This document shows, piece by piece, positions 17,972 through 27,433 of a stretch of DNA of 45,109 nt; positions within the stretch are counted from its first letter, which is position 1, and every line of letters starts with the position of its first letter. Both the position numbers and the translations under genes were made by a program. The DNA comes from Thermoplasmata archaeon (GTDB taxonomy: Archaea > Thermoplasmatota > SW-10-69-26 > JACQPN01 > JAJPHT01): positions 1-45,109 of the forward strand of contig JAXDQU010000039.1 in NCBI GenBank assembly GCA_034667685.1, read 5' to 3'. The notes under the pieces are model-generated. The model did no database searches, was not told where the DNA came from, and was given only the letters and a program-made list of their open reading frames with translations.

Positions 17972-18886
17972 TCACGCGCGCGGACGCTCGCCTGTCGGGC
18001 CGTACAGGGCGCCGGAAAGATAGCGCTCGCCCCCGTCGGGGAAGATCGTGACGATGAGCGAGCCCGGCTCCGCGTCGGCGGCAAGCTGGAGCGCGCCGGC
18101 CAGCGCCGCGCCCGAGGAGCCGCCCACCAGGAGGCCTTCCTCGCGGGCCAGCGCGCGGGCGAGCCGCTGCGCCTCCTCGGTCGTGACGGCCAGCCGACGC
18201 CCCGCCTCCTCGGCGCGGAAGATGGGCGGCACGTGGCTCGTCGCCATGTGCTTGAGCCCCTCGATGCCGTGGAAGGGGCCGCTGGGCTCCACGGCCGCGA
18301 TCGTGATATCAGGGCGCCGCTCGCGCAGGAAGCGCGACGTGCCCATGAGCGTGCCCGAGGTGCCCAGGCCCGCGACGAAGTGTGTGACGGCGCCCCCGGC
18401 CTGCGCCCAGACCTCCGGCCCGGTCGTCTCGAAGTGCGCGCGTGGGTTGGCCGGGTTGCCGTACTGGTCCGCGTGCCAAAAGCGCGCGTCCTTGGCGAGC
18501 CGGTGCGCCTCGTCGATCGCGCCATCCTGCCCTTCCAGCGGGTCGGTCAGGTGCACGGTCGCTCCGTACGCGCGCAGGATCGCCTGCCGCTCGACGCTCG
18601 CGTTGCCCGGCATCACGAGGTGGCACTCGTAGCCGCGCGCCGCGCAGAGCATGGCGTACGCGATCCCCGTGTTTCCGCTCGTGGCGTCGAGCAGCGCCTT
18701 GCCAGGAAGGATGCCCCGCTTCTCCGCGTCCAGGATGATCGCCCGAGCCGCGCGGTCCTTCACGCTGCCGCCCGGGTTGCGCGACTCCAGCTTCGCGGCG
18801 ATGCGCACGCCCCGCGCCCGGTGCGGGTTGAGGCGCGCGATCTCGACGAGCGGCGTGTTGCCCACGAGGTCGAACAGGCTCTGCAC
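17972..18886 (-). CDS. cysM: PLP-dependent cysteine synthase (CysM-like)
   Basis: VGNTPLV, KLESRNPGGSVKDR, ATSGNTG, GLGTSGT, GGSSGA, FPDGGERYLS. Confidence 0.9.
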   Translation of the reverse strand: MQSLFDLVGNTPLVEIARLNPHRARGVRIAAKLESRNPGGSVKDRAARAIILDAEKRGILPGKALLDATSGNTGIAYAMLCAARGYECHLVMPGNASVERQAILRAYGATVHLTDPLEGQDGAIDEAHRLAKDARFWHADQYGNPANPRAHFETTGPEVWAQAGGAVTHFVAGLGTSGTLMGTSRFLRERRPDITIAAVEPSGPFHGIEGLKHMATSHVPPIFRAEEAGRRLAVTTEEAQRLARALAREEGLLVGGSSGAALAGALQLAADAEPGSLIVTIFPDGGERYLSGALYGPTGERPRA

Positions 18887-18909
18887 GCGCCTGCTGACGC
18901 GGGGCCCGG

Positions 18910-20148
18910 CTATGATGTTTCGGTCGCGGCATGCCGGGGGCGCTTGACGCCGTACTCCACGAGCAGCAGGCTCACGGCGTACCACGCCGCGCCCAGCAGG
19001 AGCCCCGCGAGTACGCTCGTGGGATACTCGGTGCCCTGCGCCATGCGCGCGGAGGAGGCCGCGGCGACGAGCACGAATCCGGCGGCCGCGACCGCGAGCG
19101 CGCGCTCCGGGCTCGTCGTGTGCGCCCAGACCAGCGAGGTCGCCACGCCCACGAGGACCAGCGAGACCGCGGCGTGCGCGCTCGGGAACTGCGCGGCGCC
19201 GGCGCCCTGCGGCACGACGTTGAACGCGGGCTGGATCGCCTCGACGAGGACGATGACGCCGCCCACGCCCAGCGCCACGAGCACGGCCTGCCAGACGTGC
19301 CGGCGCGCCAGGAGCAGCGCGATCGCGACGAGCGCGAGGACCGCGGCGACCCCGAGCCCCGTCGCCAGGTCGACCGCGCGCGCGAGCCCGGCGACCGGCG
19401 CGAAGAGCCGCGTGATATCACCTGCGTGGCGATCGAGGGGATTGTCGAGCCCGACGTCGCTGACGTGCTCCGCGAGGACGCCGAAGAGCGCGGCGGTGGC
19501 CACACCCACCATCGCGATGACGAAGTCGCCGCGCGCGAAGGCCGGCGCGAAGCGGCGCAGCACGCGGTAGAGGACGTAGATGCCCGCCACGCCCAGCGCG
19601 GTGTAGGCGAGGATGCGTCCCACGAGCCCCTCGGCGGCGATGAACGCGACGCCGAACGCGTAGCCGCCCAGCGCGTTGCCCACGCTCCAGAGCACGGCGC
19701 CCACGACGTTGTAGAGCCAGAACGTGCGCCAGCGCATCTCGCTGAGGCCCGCGAGCATCGGGCCCACGCCGCGCGCCACGAAGCTGAAGCGCACGAGCAC
19801 GAGCGCCCAGGGGCCGTGCTTCTCGAAGATGGCATTGCTCTTCGCCACGTGCTCGGGCCGGATCCGCAGCCGCGCCCCGTACTTGTCGAGGAAGGCGCGC
19901 CCGTACCGCCGCGAGATCCAGAAGCCGATCGCGTCGCCCAGGATGCCCGCGGCGAGCGCGGCCACGATGACCCACTTGACGTCGAGCAGGCCGGCCGCCG
20001 AGGCGACGCCCGCGAGGATCAGCGTCGCGTGCCCCGGAACGACGATGCCCACGAGCGGGAGCGCCTCGCAGACGCCCAGGACGAAGACGAGCGCGTAGCC
20101 GTAGCGCCCGATGAGCTCGAAGATCAGCTCGTGCGTGACGAGCGCCAT
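18910..20148 (-). CDS. DedA/VTT domain membrane protein with degenerate PAP2-like C-terminus
   Basis: E..P..G.VVPG..LILAG, GDAIGF, KHG...RF DedA motifs; FPSAHA and ARM..G..YPTSVLAG PAP2-like motifs. Confidence 0.85.
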   Translation of the reverse strand: MALVTHELIFELIGRYGYALVFVLGVCEALPLVGIVVPGHATLILAGVASAAGLLDVKWVIVAALAAGILGDAIGFWISRRYGRAFLDKYGARLRIRPEHVAKSNAIFEKHGPWALVLVRFSFVARGVGPMLAGLSEMRWRTFWLYNVVGAVLWSVGNALGGYAFGVAFIAAEGLVGRILAYTALGVAGIYVLYRVLRRFAPAFARGDFVIAMVGVATAALFGVLAEHVSDVGLDNPLDRHAGDITRLFAPVAGLARAVDLATGLGVAAVLALVAIALLLARRHVWQAVLVALGVGGVIVLVEAIQPAFNVVPQGAGAAQFPSAHAAVSLVLVGVATSLVWAHTTSPERALAVAAAGFVLVAAASSARMAQGTEYPTSVLAGLLLGAAWYAVSLLLVEYGVKRPRHAATETS

Positions 20149-20152
20149 GATC

Positions 20153-20938
20153 TCACGCCGCGCGGTGCTTGTTCAGCTCGGCGCGCAGGTCGGCTGCCGC
20201 CTTCGCCGGATCGGGCGCGTAGAGGATCGCGCGGCTGCTGTTGACGATGGCGTTGTCGCCGGTGGCGTTGGCGCCGAAGCGCATCGCGTGCTCGGGGCTG
20301 CCGCCCTGCGCGCCCACGCCCGGGATCAGGATCATCATGTCGCCGCCGGCCAATTCGCGGATGCGGCGCAGCTCGTCGGGCGCGGTCGCGCCGGCGACGA
20401 CGCCCAGGTTGCCGCGCACGTTCCACGTCCGCGCGAGCTTGACCGTGCGCTCGTAGAGCAGCTCGCCGCTGGCGAGGCGCGCGTCCTGGAGGTCCGCGGC
20501 GCCTGGGTTGCTCGTGCGCGCGAGGACGAAGCAGCCGCGCTCGGGGCGCTCGAAGAAGGGCTCGATGCTGTCGCGCCCCATGTAGGGCGCCACAGTGATC
20601 GCGTCGGCCTGCAGGATGTCGAACGCCCACTTGGCGTAGGCGCGCGCCGTGTTCCCGATGTCCGCCCGCTTGGCGTCCAGGATCACCGGCGCATAGCGCG
20701 AGGCGTGGGCGCAGACGTCCAGGAGCACGTCGTGCCCCTCGTCGCCCAGCGCCTCGTAGAACGCGCTGTTGGGCTTGTAGGCGCACACGAGGTCGCGCGT
20801 GCGGTCGACGATGTCCAGCAGGAAGTTGCGCACGTCCTCCGCGCGCGGGAGCTTGGCGGGGTCCGGGTCGAGCCCCACGCAGAGCCACGAGTCGTGGCGC
20901 TTCGCGGTCTGGTGGATGCGCTCGCGGAAGCCGGACAT
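20153..20938 (-). CDS. pyrF: Orotidine-5'-phosphate decarboxylase
   Basis: LCVGLDP, AYKPNSAFYE, ILDAKRADIGNT, RTSNPGA, LIPGVGAQGG, NSSRAI. Confidence 0.96.
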   Translation of the reverse strand: MSGFRERIHQTAKRHDSWLCVGLDPDPAKLPRAEDVRNFLLDIVDRTRDLVCAYKPNSAFYEALGDEGHDVLLDVCAHASRYAPVILDAKRADIGNTARAYAKWAFDILQADAITVAPYMGRDSIEPFFERPERGCFVLARTSNPGAADLQDARLASGELLYERTVKLARTWNVRGNLGVVAGATAPDELRRIRELAGGDMMILIPGVGAQGGSPEHAMRFGANATGDNAIVNSSRAILYAPDPAKAAADLRAELNKHRAA

Positions 20939-20982
20939 CGGGGCGCCGATCGCGCGCCCGCCGCAAAAGGATGTTTGCCGGT

Positions 20983-21055
20983 GCGATCCTTTCCTGACAC
21001 CGAGAATCCCGGAATCCGCGGATGCCTCGGATGCGCGGTGTTGGGAAGGGATCGC
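20983..21055. repeat. ~73-bp palindromic interspersed repeat (family A)
   Basis: GCGATCCTTTCCTGACACCG-AGAATCCCGGAATCCGCGGATGCCTCGGATGCG-CGGTGTTGGGAAGGGATCGC; core identical to the 30138 copy. Confidence 0.9.
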
Positions 21056-21073
21056 TCCAAGAAGAGAGATTGT

Positions 21074-21472
21074 CTACTCGTCGTCGCCGACGTTGTAGAA
21101 CTTCTTCTTGCCCATGGCTTCCATGATCATGACCTCGGCGCCGGCCGAGAGCGCGGCCTTCTCGTTCTCGCTCATGGGGAGCTCGTACTGCTCGTACGTC
21201 TCCATGTCCATGACGTTGGCGTTGTTGCCGTGCATGTTGAGGATCTGGACCTTCCTCTTGTCGATCATCGGGATCTTGCACTTCTCGGTCACGGGGGCGA
21301 CCATCGAGCGCTTGACGCCGTCGAACATGCCCACGGCCTCGATGCGCGCCTTGGACGCGCCGTGCTTGCCGGGCTTCGAGGTGGTGATGTCAAGGATCTT
21401 GCAGGGCTCCTCGTCGATGACGACGTAGCGGCCGACCTTCAACTGACGAACTTCGCCCTGTTCCGTGGACAT
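21074..21472 (-). CDS. eif5a: Translation initiation factor aIF-5A
   Basis: SKPGKHGASKAR hypusine motif; DMETYE. Confidence 0.97.
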   Translation of the reverse strand: MSTEQGEVRQLKVGRYVVIDEEPCKILDITTSKPGKHGASKARIEAVGMFDGVKRSMVAPVTEKCKIPMIDKRKVQILNMHGNNANVMDMETYEQYELPMSENEKAALSAGAEVMIMEAMGKKKFYNVGDDE

Positions 21473-21502
21473 GCCGGGATCGGCCGCCCGATTGAAGAGC
21501 CC

Positions 21503-21510
21503 CTTTATAA
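21503..21510 (-). promoter_or_regulatory. TATA box for eif5a
   Basis: TTATAAAG on the minus strand about 31 nt upstream of the ATG. Confidence 0.6.
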
Positions 21511-21546
21511 CCGTGCCGGGGGCCATCGTTCCGTGCTCGGTGCGCT

Positions 21547-21614
21547 CCAGCCACAGAGGGCACAGAGGCCGCGCTTCCGTCCTCCTCTGTGACCTCTGTG
21601 TCCTCTGTGGCTGG
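21547..21614. repeat. Inverted repeat of CACAGAGG 9-mer units (family E)
   Basis: CCAGCCACAGAGGGCACAGAGG pairs with CCTCTGTGTCCTCTGTGGCTGG with 1 mismatch. Confidence 0.85.
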
Positions 21615-21678
21615 CGGAATGCGGTCGGCGGACGGCCATCCCTAAGAGTTTACATGCCGGACCGGGGTTCGGGAAACC

Positions 21679-22437
21679 GTGGAGCGTCGCCCCGAGAAGG
21701 ACCTCGCCCTCCTGCGCGAGATGGCCGACGCCGTCGCCCGCGTCGTGAAGGAGTCCAGGCCCGAGACGTGGGGCGAGGAGCTCGGCATGGGCGCGGATGG
21801 CACGCCCACCAAGAAGGTCGACGACCTCGCCGAGCACGAGATCCTCCGCGTCCTGCGGGCCCGCAAGGCCGACAAGCTCAACCTGCTCTCCGAGGAGGCG
21901 GGCTTCGTGGACCTCAAGGGCGATCGCCTCGTCGTGGCGGACCCGATCGACGGCACCACGAACGCCGCGCGCGGCATCCCGTTCTACTGCGTGAGCCTGG
22001 CCGTGGGCCGCAAGACGCTCGCGGACGTGGACGTCGGGCTCGTGCAGAACCTGTGCACCGGCGACCGCTTCGAGGCCATCGCTGGGCGCGGCGCGACGCT
22101 CAACGGCCGCGCCATCAAGGTCCGTCCCGCGGGGAAGGACTCGCTCGTGGGCGTGGGCGCGGCGGGCGGCGTGAAGGGCAACGTGCGCTGCTTCGGCGCC
22201 TCCGCGCTGGAGATGTGCCTCGTGGCGCAGGGCGGGCTCGACGGCTATCATTACGCGCGCCCCATCCTGCGCATCATCGACGTCGCGGCCTCCACGCTCA
22301 TCGTGCGCGAGGCGGGCGGCGTCGTCGTGGACCGCGCGGGCGCCGACCTCGACCTTCAGCTTTCGCTCGTGCCGCGCTTCGGCCTGACCGCCGCGCCCAC
22401 GCGCGAGGCCGCGATGGCGCTGGGGGCGGGCAAATGA
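21679..22437 (+). CDS. Inositol monophosphatase / FBPase family phosphatase (possible NADP phosphatase)
   Basis: GADGTPT, LSEEAG, DPIDGTTN, GASALE, DVAA motifs. Confidence 0.9.
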   Translation: MERRPEKDLALLREMADAVARVVKESRPETWGEELGMGADGTPTKKVDDLAEHEILRVLRARKADKLNLLSEEAGFVDLKGDRLVVADPIDGTTNAARGIPFYCVSLAVGRKTLADVDVGLVQNLCTGDRFEAIAGRGATLNGRAIKVRPAGKDSLVGVGAAGGVKGNVRCFGASALEMCLVAQGGLDGYHYARPILRIIDVAASTLIVREAGGVVVDRAGADLDLQLSLVPRFGLTAAPTREAAMALGAGK

Positions 22438-23243
22438 AGATCGGCCTGACCGCACGTCCGGGCGACCCGCGCCGCGTCAAGGTGGCGAACCACGTCGTCC
22501 AGTTCCTGCACGACAAGGCCGACCTCGTGGTCGACGCCGACCTGGCGCCCCACCTCTCCGAGAAGGTGCACGCGGCGCCGCTCCCCGAGATGAAGGTGGA
22601 CGTCCTCGTCACCATCGGCGGCGACGGCACCATCCTCCACGCGCTCCAGAGCAACCGCGCGCCGATCTTCGGCATCAACATGGGCGAGCTTGGCTTCCTC
22701 ACGGAGATCGAGCCCATCGAGCTCACCGACGCCCTCCGGCGCGTCGTCGCGGGCGACTACTTCCTGGAGCACCGGCTGAAGATCGCCGCCTCGCTCAACG
22801 ACAAGCGCCTCCCGGACGCCACGAACGAGGTGGCGATCAAGACGAAGCGCATCGCCAAGATCCTCCAGTTCGAGGTGGGCTGGGGCGACCGCGATGTCGT
22901 GCGCCTGCGCGGCGACGGGCTCATCGTCTCGACGCCCACGGGCTCGACGTCCTACGCCATGAGCGCCGGGGGCCCCATCGTCGACCCGCGCGTCGAGTGC
23001 TTCGTCGTCGTGCCCCTGGCCGCCTTCAGCCTCAGCAGCCGCCCGATGGTGCTCCCGCCGGACACCGTGCTCCAGGTGCGCATCCTCCAGCGCGAGAAGG
23101 AGGCCGTCATCGTGCTCGACGGCCAGCAGGAGGTCGAGCTGCGCGAAGGTGACCGGCTCACGCTGTGGGCCAGCGAGGAGCGCGCGCGCTTCGTCCGCTT
23201 CAAGAGCCACTTCTACAACCGGCTGAAGAGCCGGCTCTCGTGA
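22434..23243 (+). CDS. nadK: NAD kinase
   Basis: GGDGTIL, GELGFL, NE, DGLIVSTPTGSTSYAMSAGGP; ATGA overlap with IMPase gene. Confidence 0.95.
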   Translation: MKIGLTARPGDPRRVKVANHVVQFLHDKADLVVDADLAPHLSEKVHAAPLPEMKVDVLVTIGGDGTILHALQSNRAPIFGINMGELGFLTEIEPIELTDALRRVVAGDYFLEHRLKIAASLNDKRLPDATNEVAIKTKRIAKILQFEVGWGDRDVVRLRGDGLIVSTPTGSTSYAMSAGGPIVDPRVECFVVVPLAAFSLSSRPMVLPPDTVLQVRILQREKEAVIVLDGQQEVELREGDRLTLWASEERARFVRFKSHFYNRLKSRLS

Positions 23244-23483
23244 GCGGCTCGCTCGGCCAGGCGGGGGCGTCCCACTTTCGGTCCCCCTGTCCTCAATCCC
23301 AAGCCAGGCACGCCGTTCCACGGTCCAACGGGGCGCGCGCGGCTCCCGTGCACCCTTGAGCCGCACAAGTTCGCCTTCATGACGCGCGCCCCGGCATCCC
23401 TCTCACGGTCCCCCGGTCTTCGCATCCCTCGCCGGGGGACTGTGCATCCCAATCCCCAAGAACCGGGCCGTCGCTGACGGCCC

Positions 23484-24851
23484 ATGCGTTGGCTGCCGGT
23501 GCTTCTCCTTGCCCTGCTCGCGGGCTGCGCCGCGCCCTTCTCCCCGCAGGGTCACGGCGACGTCGCCCCGGCCGCGCCCGCGTTCCTCGTGACCCGCCTC
23601 GCGACCGCGGGCACCGAGCCGACGCTGGGCGTGCTGCGCGACGGCACGATCCTCGTGGGTGGCGCCCTCGCCCCCGAGGGCGCCGCGCCCCGCCCGGAGA
23701 GCGCCGGGGGCGAGGCCGTGTACCGCTCGCGCGACGGCAGCCACACGTGGGAGGACGTGCTCACGAAGCAGGCCGGGACGCAGCCGCCCGCCGACGCGGA
23801 CCCCTGGCTCTGGGTGGACGAGCGCGCGGGGCGCGTGTTCGACGTGCCCGACGAGGTGGTCTGCGGGTGGCTCGCGTGGTCGGACGACGCGGGCGCCTCG
23901 TGGTCGTCGAACGCGCTGGCCGGGTGCGGCCTTCCGGGGCACGACCACCAGCACCTGACCACCGGCCCGCCCGCGCCGGGCGTCACGACGAGCGGCTACC
24001 CGGACGTGGTCTACTACGCCTACAACTCGCTGCGGCCGGGCGCGTCCACGCCGACGCTCAACCTCAGCAATCCGATCTTTGGGAGCGCCCCCTTCGAGGG
24101 CACGGCCGTCAGCGTCTCGCTCGATGGCGGACGCTCCTTCGGCCTGCCGGTGCTGGCGCACGCGGAGGACCCCTGCCAGAGCGGGAACGACGGCCCGGTC
24201 GCGGTCGCGGCGGACGGCACGGCCTACGTCGCCATGCCCACGTGCGAGGGGATCGACGTCGCCGTGTCGCGCGACTCGGGCGCGACGTGGACGACCACCG
24301 CCTCGCTCGACCAGCACGGCTCGCAGCTCGGCCTCGCGATGGACCCCTCGCTCGCCGTCGACCCCGCGGGCCGCGTCTGGCTCCTCTACGAAGGACGCGA
24401 CGACCTCGTCTACCTCGCGTCGAGCGCCGACGGCGGCAGGTCATGGAGCGAGCCCGTCGTCGCGAGCGCGCCGGGCGTCCGCGCGGCGGCGTTCGGGCTC
24501 GTGGCCGCCACCGGGCCGGGGCAGGTCGTGATCGCGTACCTGGGCACGCCCTCCGACCCGGCGAAGTGGCCCAGCGCCGACCCCTCCGACGCGCCGTCCG
24601 ACGCCGTCTGGACCTTGCACGTCGCCTCGCGCGGGCACGACGCGCAGGTGACGCCCGACGCGGACCCCGTGCAGCGCGGGTGCATCTGGACGCGCGGCGG
24701 CTCGAACCCGTGCCGCAACCTGGGCGACTTCATGGGGCTCGCCGTGCACGACGGGCGCGCGCTCGTGGCCTACGTGGACGGCTGCGACGCCTGCGCGAGC
24801 GCGGACCAGAGCCGCCGGCAGGACGTGATGGTCGCGGTGGAGCAGGGCTGA
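23484..24851 (+). CDS. Lipoprotein with BNR/Asp-box repeats (sialidase-like propeller)
   Basis: LLAGC lipobox; Asp-boxes SRDGSHTW, SDDAGASW, SLDGGRSF, SRDSGATW, SADGGRSW. Confidence 0.85.
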   Translation: MRWLPVLLLALLAGCAAPFSPQGHGDVAPAAPAFLVTRLATAGTEPTLGVLRDGTILVGGALAPEGAAPRPESAGGEAVYRSRDGSHTWEDVLTKQAGTQPPADADPWLWVDERAGRVFDVPDEVVCGWLAWSDDAGASWSSNALAGCGLPGHDHQHLTTGPPAPGVTTSGYPDVVYYAYNSLRPGASTPTLNLSNPIFGSAPFEGTAVSVSLDGGRSFGLPVLAHAEDPCQSGNDGPVAVAADGTAYVAMPTCEGIDVAVSRDSGATWTTTASLDQHGSQLGLAMDPSLAVDPAGRVWLLYEGRDDLVYLASSADGGRSWSEPVVASAPGVRAAAFGLVAATGPGQVVIAYLGTPSDPAKWPSADPSDAPSDAVWTLHVASRGHDAQVTPDADPVQRGCIWTRGGSNPCRNLGDFMGLAVHDGRALVAYVDGCDACASADQSRRQDVMVAVEQG

Positions 24852-25034
24852 CCGCCGGCAGCCGTGACGACCCCGCATGGTAACTCCGCACGGCGCGCAC
24901 CTGCTCTCGATCATTCGTGTGTCTTTCACGCGACGGTTCGTCGAAAAGGACGACCCGGCGCGGCCCCATGCGTGTTACGAGGCAGTCGCGCGGGGAGCGA
25001 GACGCGAGGTCTCCACGTAGGGAGAACCAACCTG

Positions 25035-25970
25035 ATGGCAACCATTCGGAGTCGAACGCTATTCGTCCTCGCGACAATCCTCCCCTTCCTCTGCGTGCCC
25101 CACGCGCAGGCCGTCGTGCCCGGCGTAGGCATCGGACCCGGCGGCCAGAGCATCTTGCTCTGCGACATCGCCGTCGCCCCGACCAAGTGCGTTGCTGCAG
25201 TCGCGGCTTCTGCGTCCGGATGCGCTGATGCGGACTTCCAATTCAGCCTTGGCGTCGTCGGCAAGGGGAAGTTCTGCTTCGCGGCCGTGGGCGGCGCTGC
25301 GGCGAGCGCCATCGTCCACATCCCTGTGGCGATCCACACCGACATCGTGACCATCCGCACACCCACGGGGACGACGACGAACGAGTGCAACGAAAAATAC
25401 ACGAACATCCTGGGCAGCAGCGGGTGCGGGACTCAAGGCGAGGCGACCGGGTGCGGTGCATCCGCGAGCGCGACCGCCGAGGGCATGAACTTCGGACCCC
25501 TGAGCACCGACACGGTGACGGCCAACACCGAGGACTGCCCGACGCCGCCCCCCACTCCTGGCCCCGGCAGCCCGCCGCCGATCTGCCCGCCCAACTTCTG
25601 CGCGCTCCACAATTGCCTTACCGACCCCATTCTCCAGGCGCGCTCCGCGGAAGACCCCAGCGAGAAGACACCCGACGTCGGCCAGACGATCAGCGACGCC
25701 GAGGGCATGGTGCGAGTCGGCAACGGCCCATGTTCCTCGGGGCAGAGCCAAGCAAGGTTCGGAGACCTCCCTCCGGAGATGCAGGCCAAGCTGAAGGACG
25801 CGCTGGCGACGGCGTTCGCTAACAAACTCGACGACGAAACGCATATGTGGCCCCATGATGTGCTCCGCGACGAGCTGCGCGCGCAACTCATGAAGAGCTT
25901 CCATGACGCAGCCTTCAGCATCTCGCCTGGGACGCTCGTTGACCATGTCCAGAGCACGGCGACTCCTTAG
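25035..25970 (+). CDS. Hypothetical secreted Cys-rich protein
   Basis: Signal peptide ending HAQA; many Cys; Pro-rich linker; atypical codon usage. Confidence 0.7.
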   Translation: MATIRSRTLFVLATILPFLCVPHAQAVVPGVGIGPGGQSILLCDIAVAPTKCVAAVAASASGCADADFQFSLGVVGKGKFCFAAVGGAAASAIVHIPVAIHTDIVTIRTPTGTTTNECNEKYTNILGSSGCGTQGEATGCGASASATAEGMNFGPLSTDTVTANTEDCPTPPPTPGPGSPPPICPPNFCALHNCLTDPILQARSAEDPSEKTPDVGQTISDAEGMVRVGNGPCSSGQSQARFGDLPPEMQAKLKDALATAFANKLDDETHMWPHDVLRDELRAQLMKSFHDAAFSISPGTLVDHVQSTATP

Positions 25971-26823
25971 CGCGCTCCTCGTCGTCCTGCTTTTGGCGGG
26001 ATGCCTGAGCGCAGCCCCCAACCCGCCGGGGTCTTCCAGCACGTCCGCCGTGGCGACTGGCGCGCAGGCAACCACGTTCAACCTGACCATGCCGACCGAT
26101 GCACGAATCTTCGGCATCGAGGCAACCGTGCTCCATCAGCACATCAACGTCACCGCGTTGCTCAAGATCGGGCCCGACACCCCCTCGGGCGTCGAGCGAA
26201 GCTGCGGCGCGATGGGCACCGGCCACTACGCAACGTGGTTCACGTACCAGAGTCGAACGCTCCTTCTTCACGCAGGCAACCAGGAAGTGCCTTCACCCCT
26301 CCACGGCGATTTTGGCGATACGATGCGCGAGTCGCTGACCCTTTCGCCGGGCAAGACGCTGCGTCTTGTCGTCGCGATCAAGGATGCGCCCAAGCTGCTC
26401 GACTCGCTCAACGCGGAGAGCCATGCGCCTTTCCGCATGGCAGACCTGGGCGCGGCCAGCCTCTCGTGCATCTGGGGCGTCGACGACATGGACGGAAGCG
26501 TGACCGCGGTGGGCGGCTACACGCACGCGCAGGACCTCTCGGCGTCTTGGACGAGCCAAAACGAGTCCGAGGTCTTCCTCGTCTACTCGGCAAGCCTCGA
26601 CTACGACATGAGCGTCACGCACGGCGGCGCGATGCTCTGGAGCGACTCGCAGACGGGCGCGACGACCGCGCGGGGCGCAGACCACATCCACAACCTGACC
26701 CTTCCCCCGGGTGAATCGCGGCTCGACGTCGCGCGCTTCGACGGCGACGGCAGCAGCAGCCTCACCGCGACGTGGCTGGGTCTGCCCGCCGGCTTCCTGG
26801 AGGAGGACGCGGTCGACCACTAG
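25945..26823 (+). CDS. Hypothetical lipoprotein
   Basis: MSRARRLLSALLVVLLLAGC lipobox; Ser/Thr linker; beta-rich; overlaps upstream gene. Confidence 0.75.
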   Translation: MSRARRLLSALLVVLLLAGCLSAAPNPPGSSSTSAVATGAQATTFNLTMPTDARIFGIEATVLHQHINVTALLKIGPDTPSGVERSCGAMGTGHYATWFTYQSRTLLLHAGNQEVPSPLHGDFGDTMRESLTLSPGKTLRLVVAIKDAPKLLDSLNAESHAPFRMADLGAASLSCIWGVDDMDGSVTAVGGYTHAQDLSASWTSQNESEVFLVYSASLDYDMSVTHGGAMLWSDSQTGATTARGADHIHNLTLPPGESRLDVARFDGDGSSSLTATWLGLPAGFLEEDAVDH

Positions 26824-26882
26824 GCCGGATGCGGCGCCGCGTCCAAGCCAACCTTTTTCAGCGTGCCCCCCAGGTCCCGCGC

Positions 26883-27374
26883 GTGGGCCTCTTCGACCGC
26901 TTCCGCCGCCGCGAGCCCGCGGAGCCTCCGAAGCCCGACGCGCTCGCGGAGGTCAAGCCCCGCGCCGTGGGCGCCGCGAGGCCCCCGCCGCGCCGCAAGG
27001 TGCACAGCATCCACGTGCAGGCCATCGACGTGATGGCGCAGATGGGGCGCGCGAACCACCCGCGCGAGTACGGCGCCGCGCTCCGGGCCGAGAAGGGCGT
27101 CATCACGGAGCTCGTCCTCGTGCCCGGCATGATCGGCGGCGGCTCGCACACGTTCCTGAACACGTGGAACCTGCCCATCGACCCGAGCCTCGTGGGCACC
27201 GTCCACAGCCATCCGAGCCCCTACCCGATCCCCAGCGACGCGGACCGCCAGTTCTTCGGTCACTTCGGGCACACGCACATCATCATCGCCTACCCGTACA
27301 ATGCCTACTCGTGGCGCGCGTACGACCTGACGTCGGAGCCCGTGAAGCTCGACGTCGTGGACGCGTGGCCCTGA
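26883..27374 (+). CDS. JAB1/MPN/Mov34 (JAMM) metalloprotease
   Basis: HPREYGAAL...GTVHSHPSPYPIPSDAD..FF JAMM motif; GTG start inferred. Confidence 0.88.
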   Translation: MGLFDRFRRREPAEPPKPDALAEVKPRAVGAARPPPRRKVHSIHVQAIDVMAQMGRANHPREYGAALRAEKGVITELVLVPGMIGGGSHTFLNTWNLPIDPSLVGTVHSHPSPYPIPSDADRQFFGHFGHTHIIIAYPYNAYSWRAYDLTSEPVKLDVVDAWP

Positions 27375-27433
27375 TGCGACAAACAACTGCGAGCGAGGCT
27401 AAGACCCCCCGCCGCGTCCTCGGGACGAAGCCC

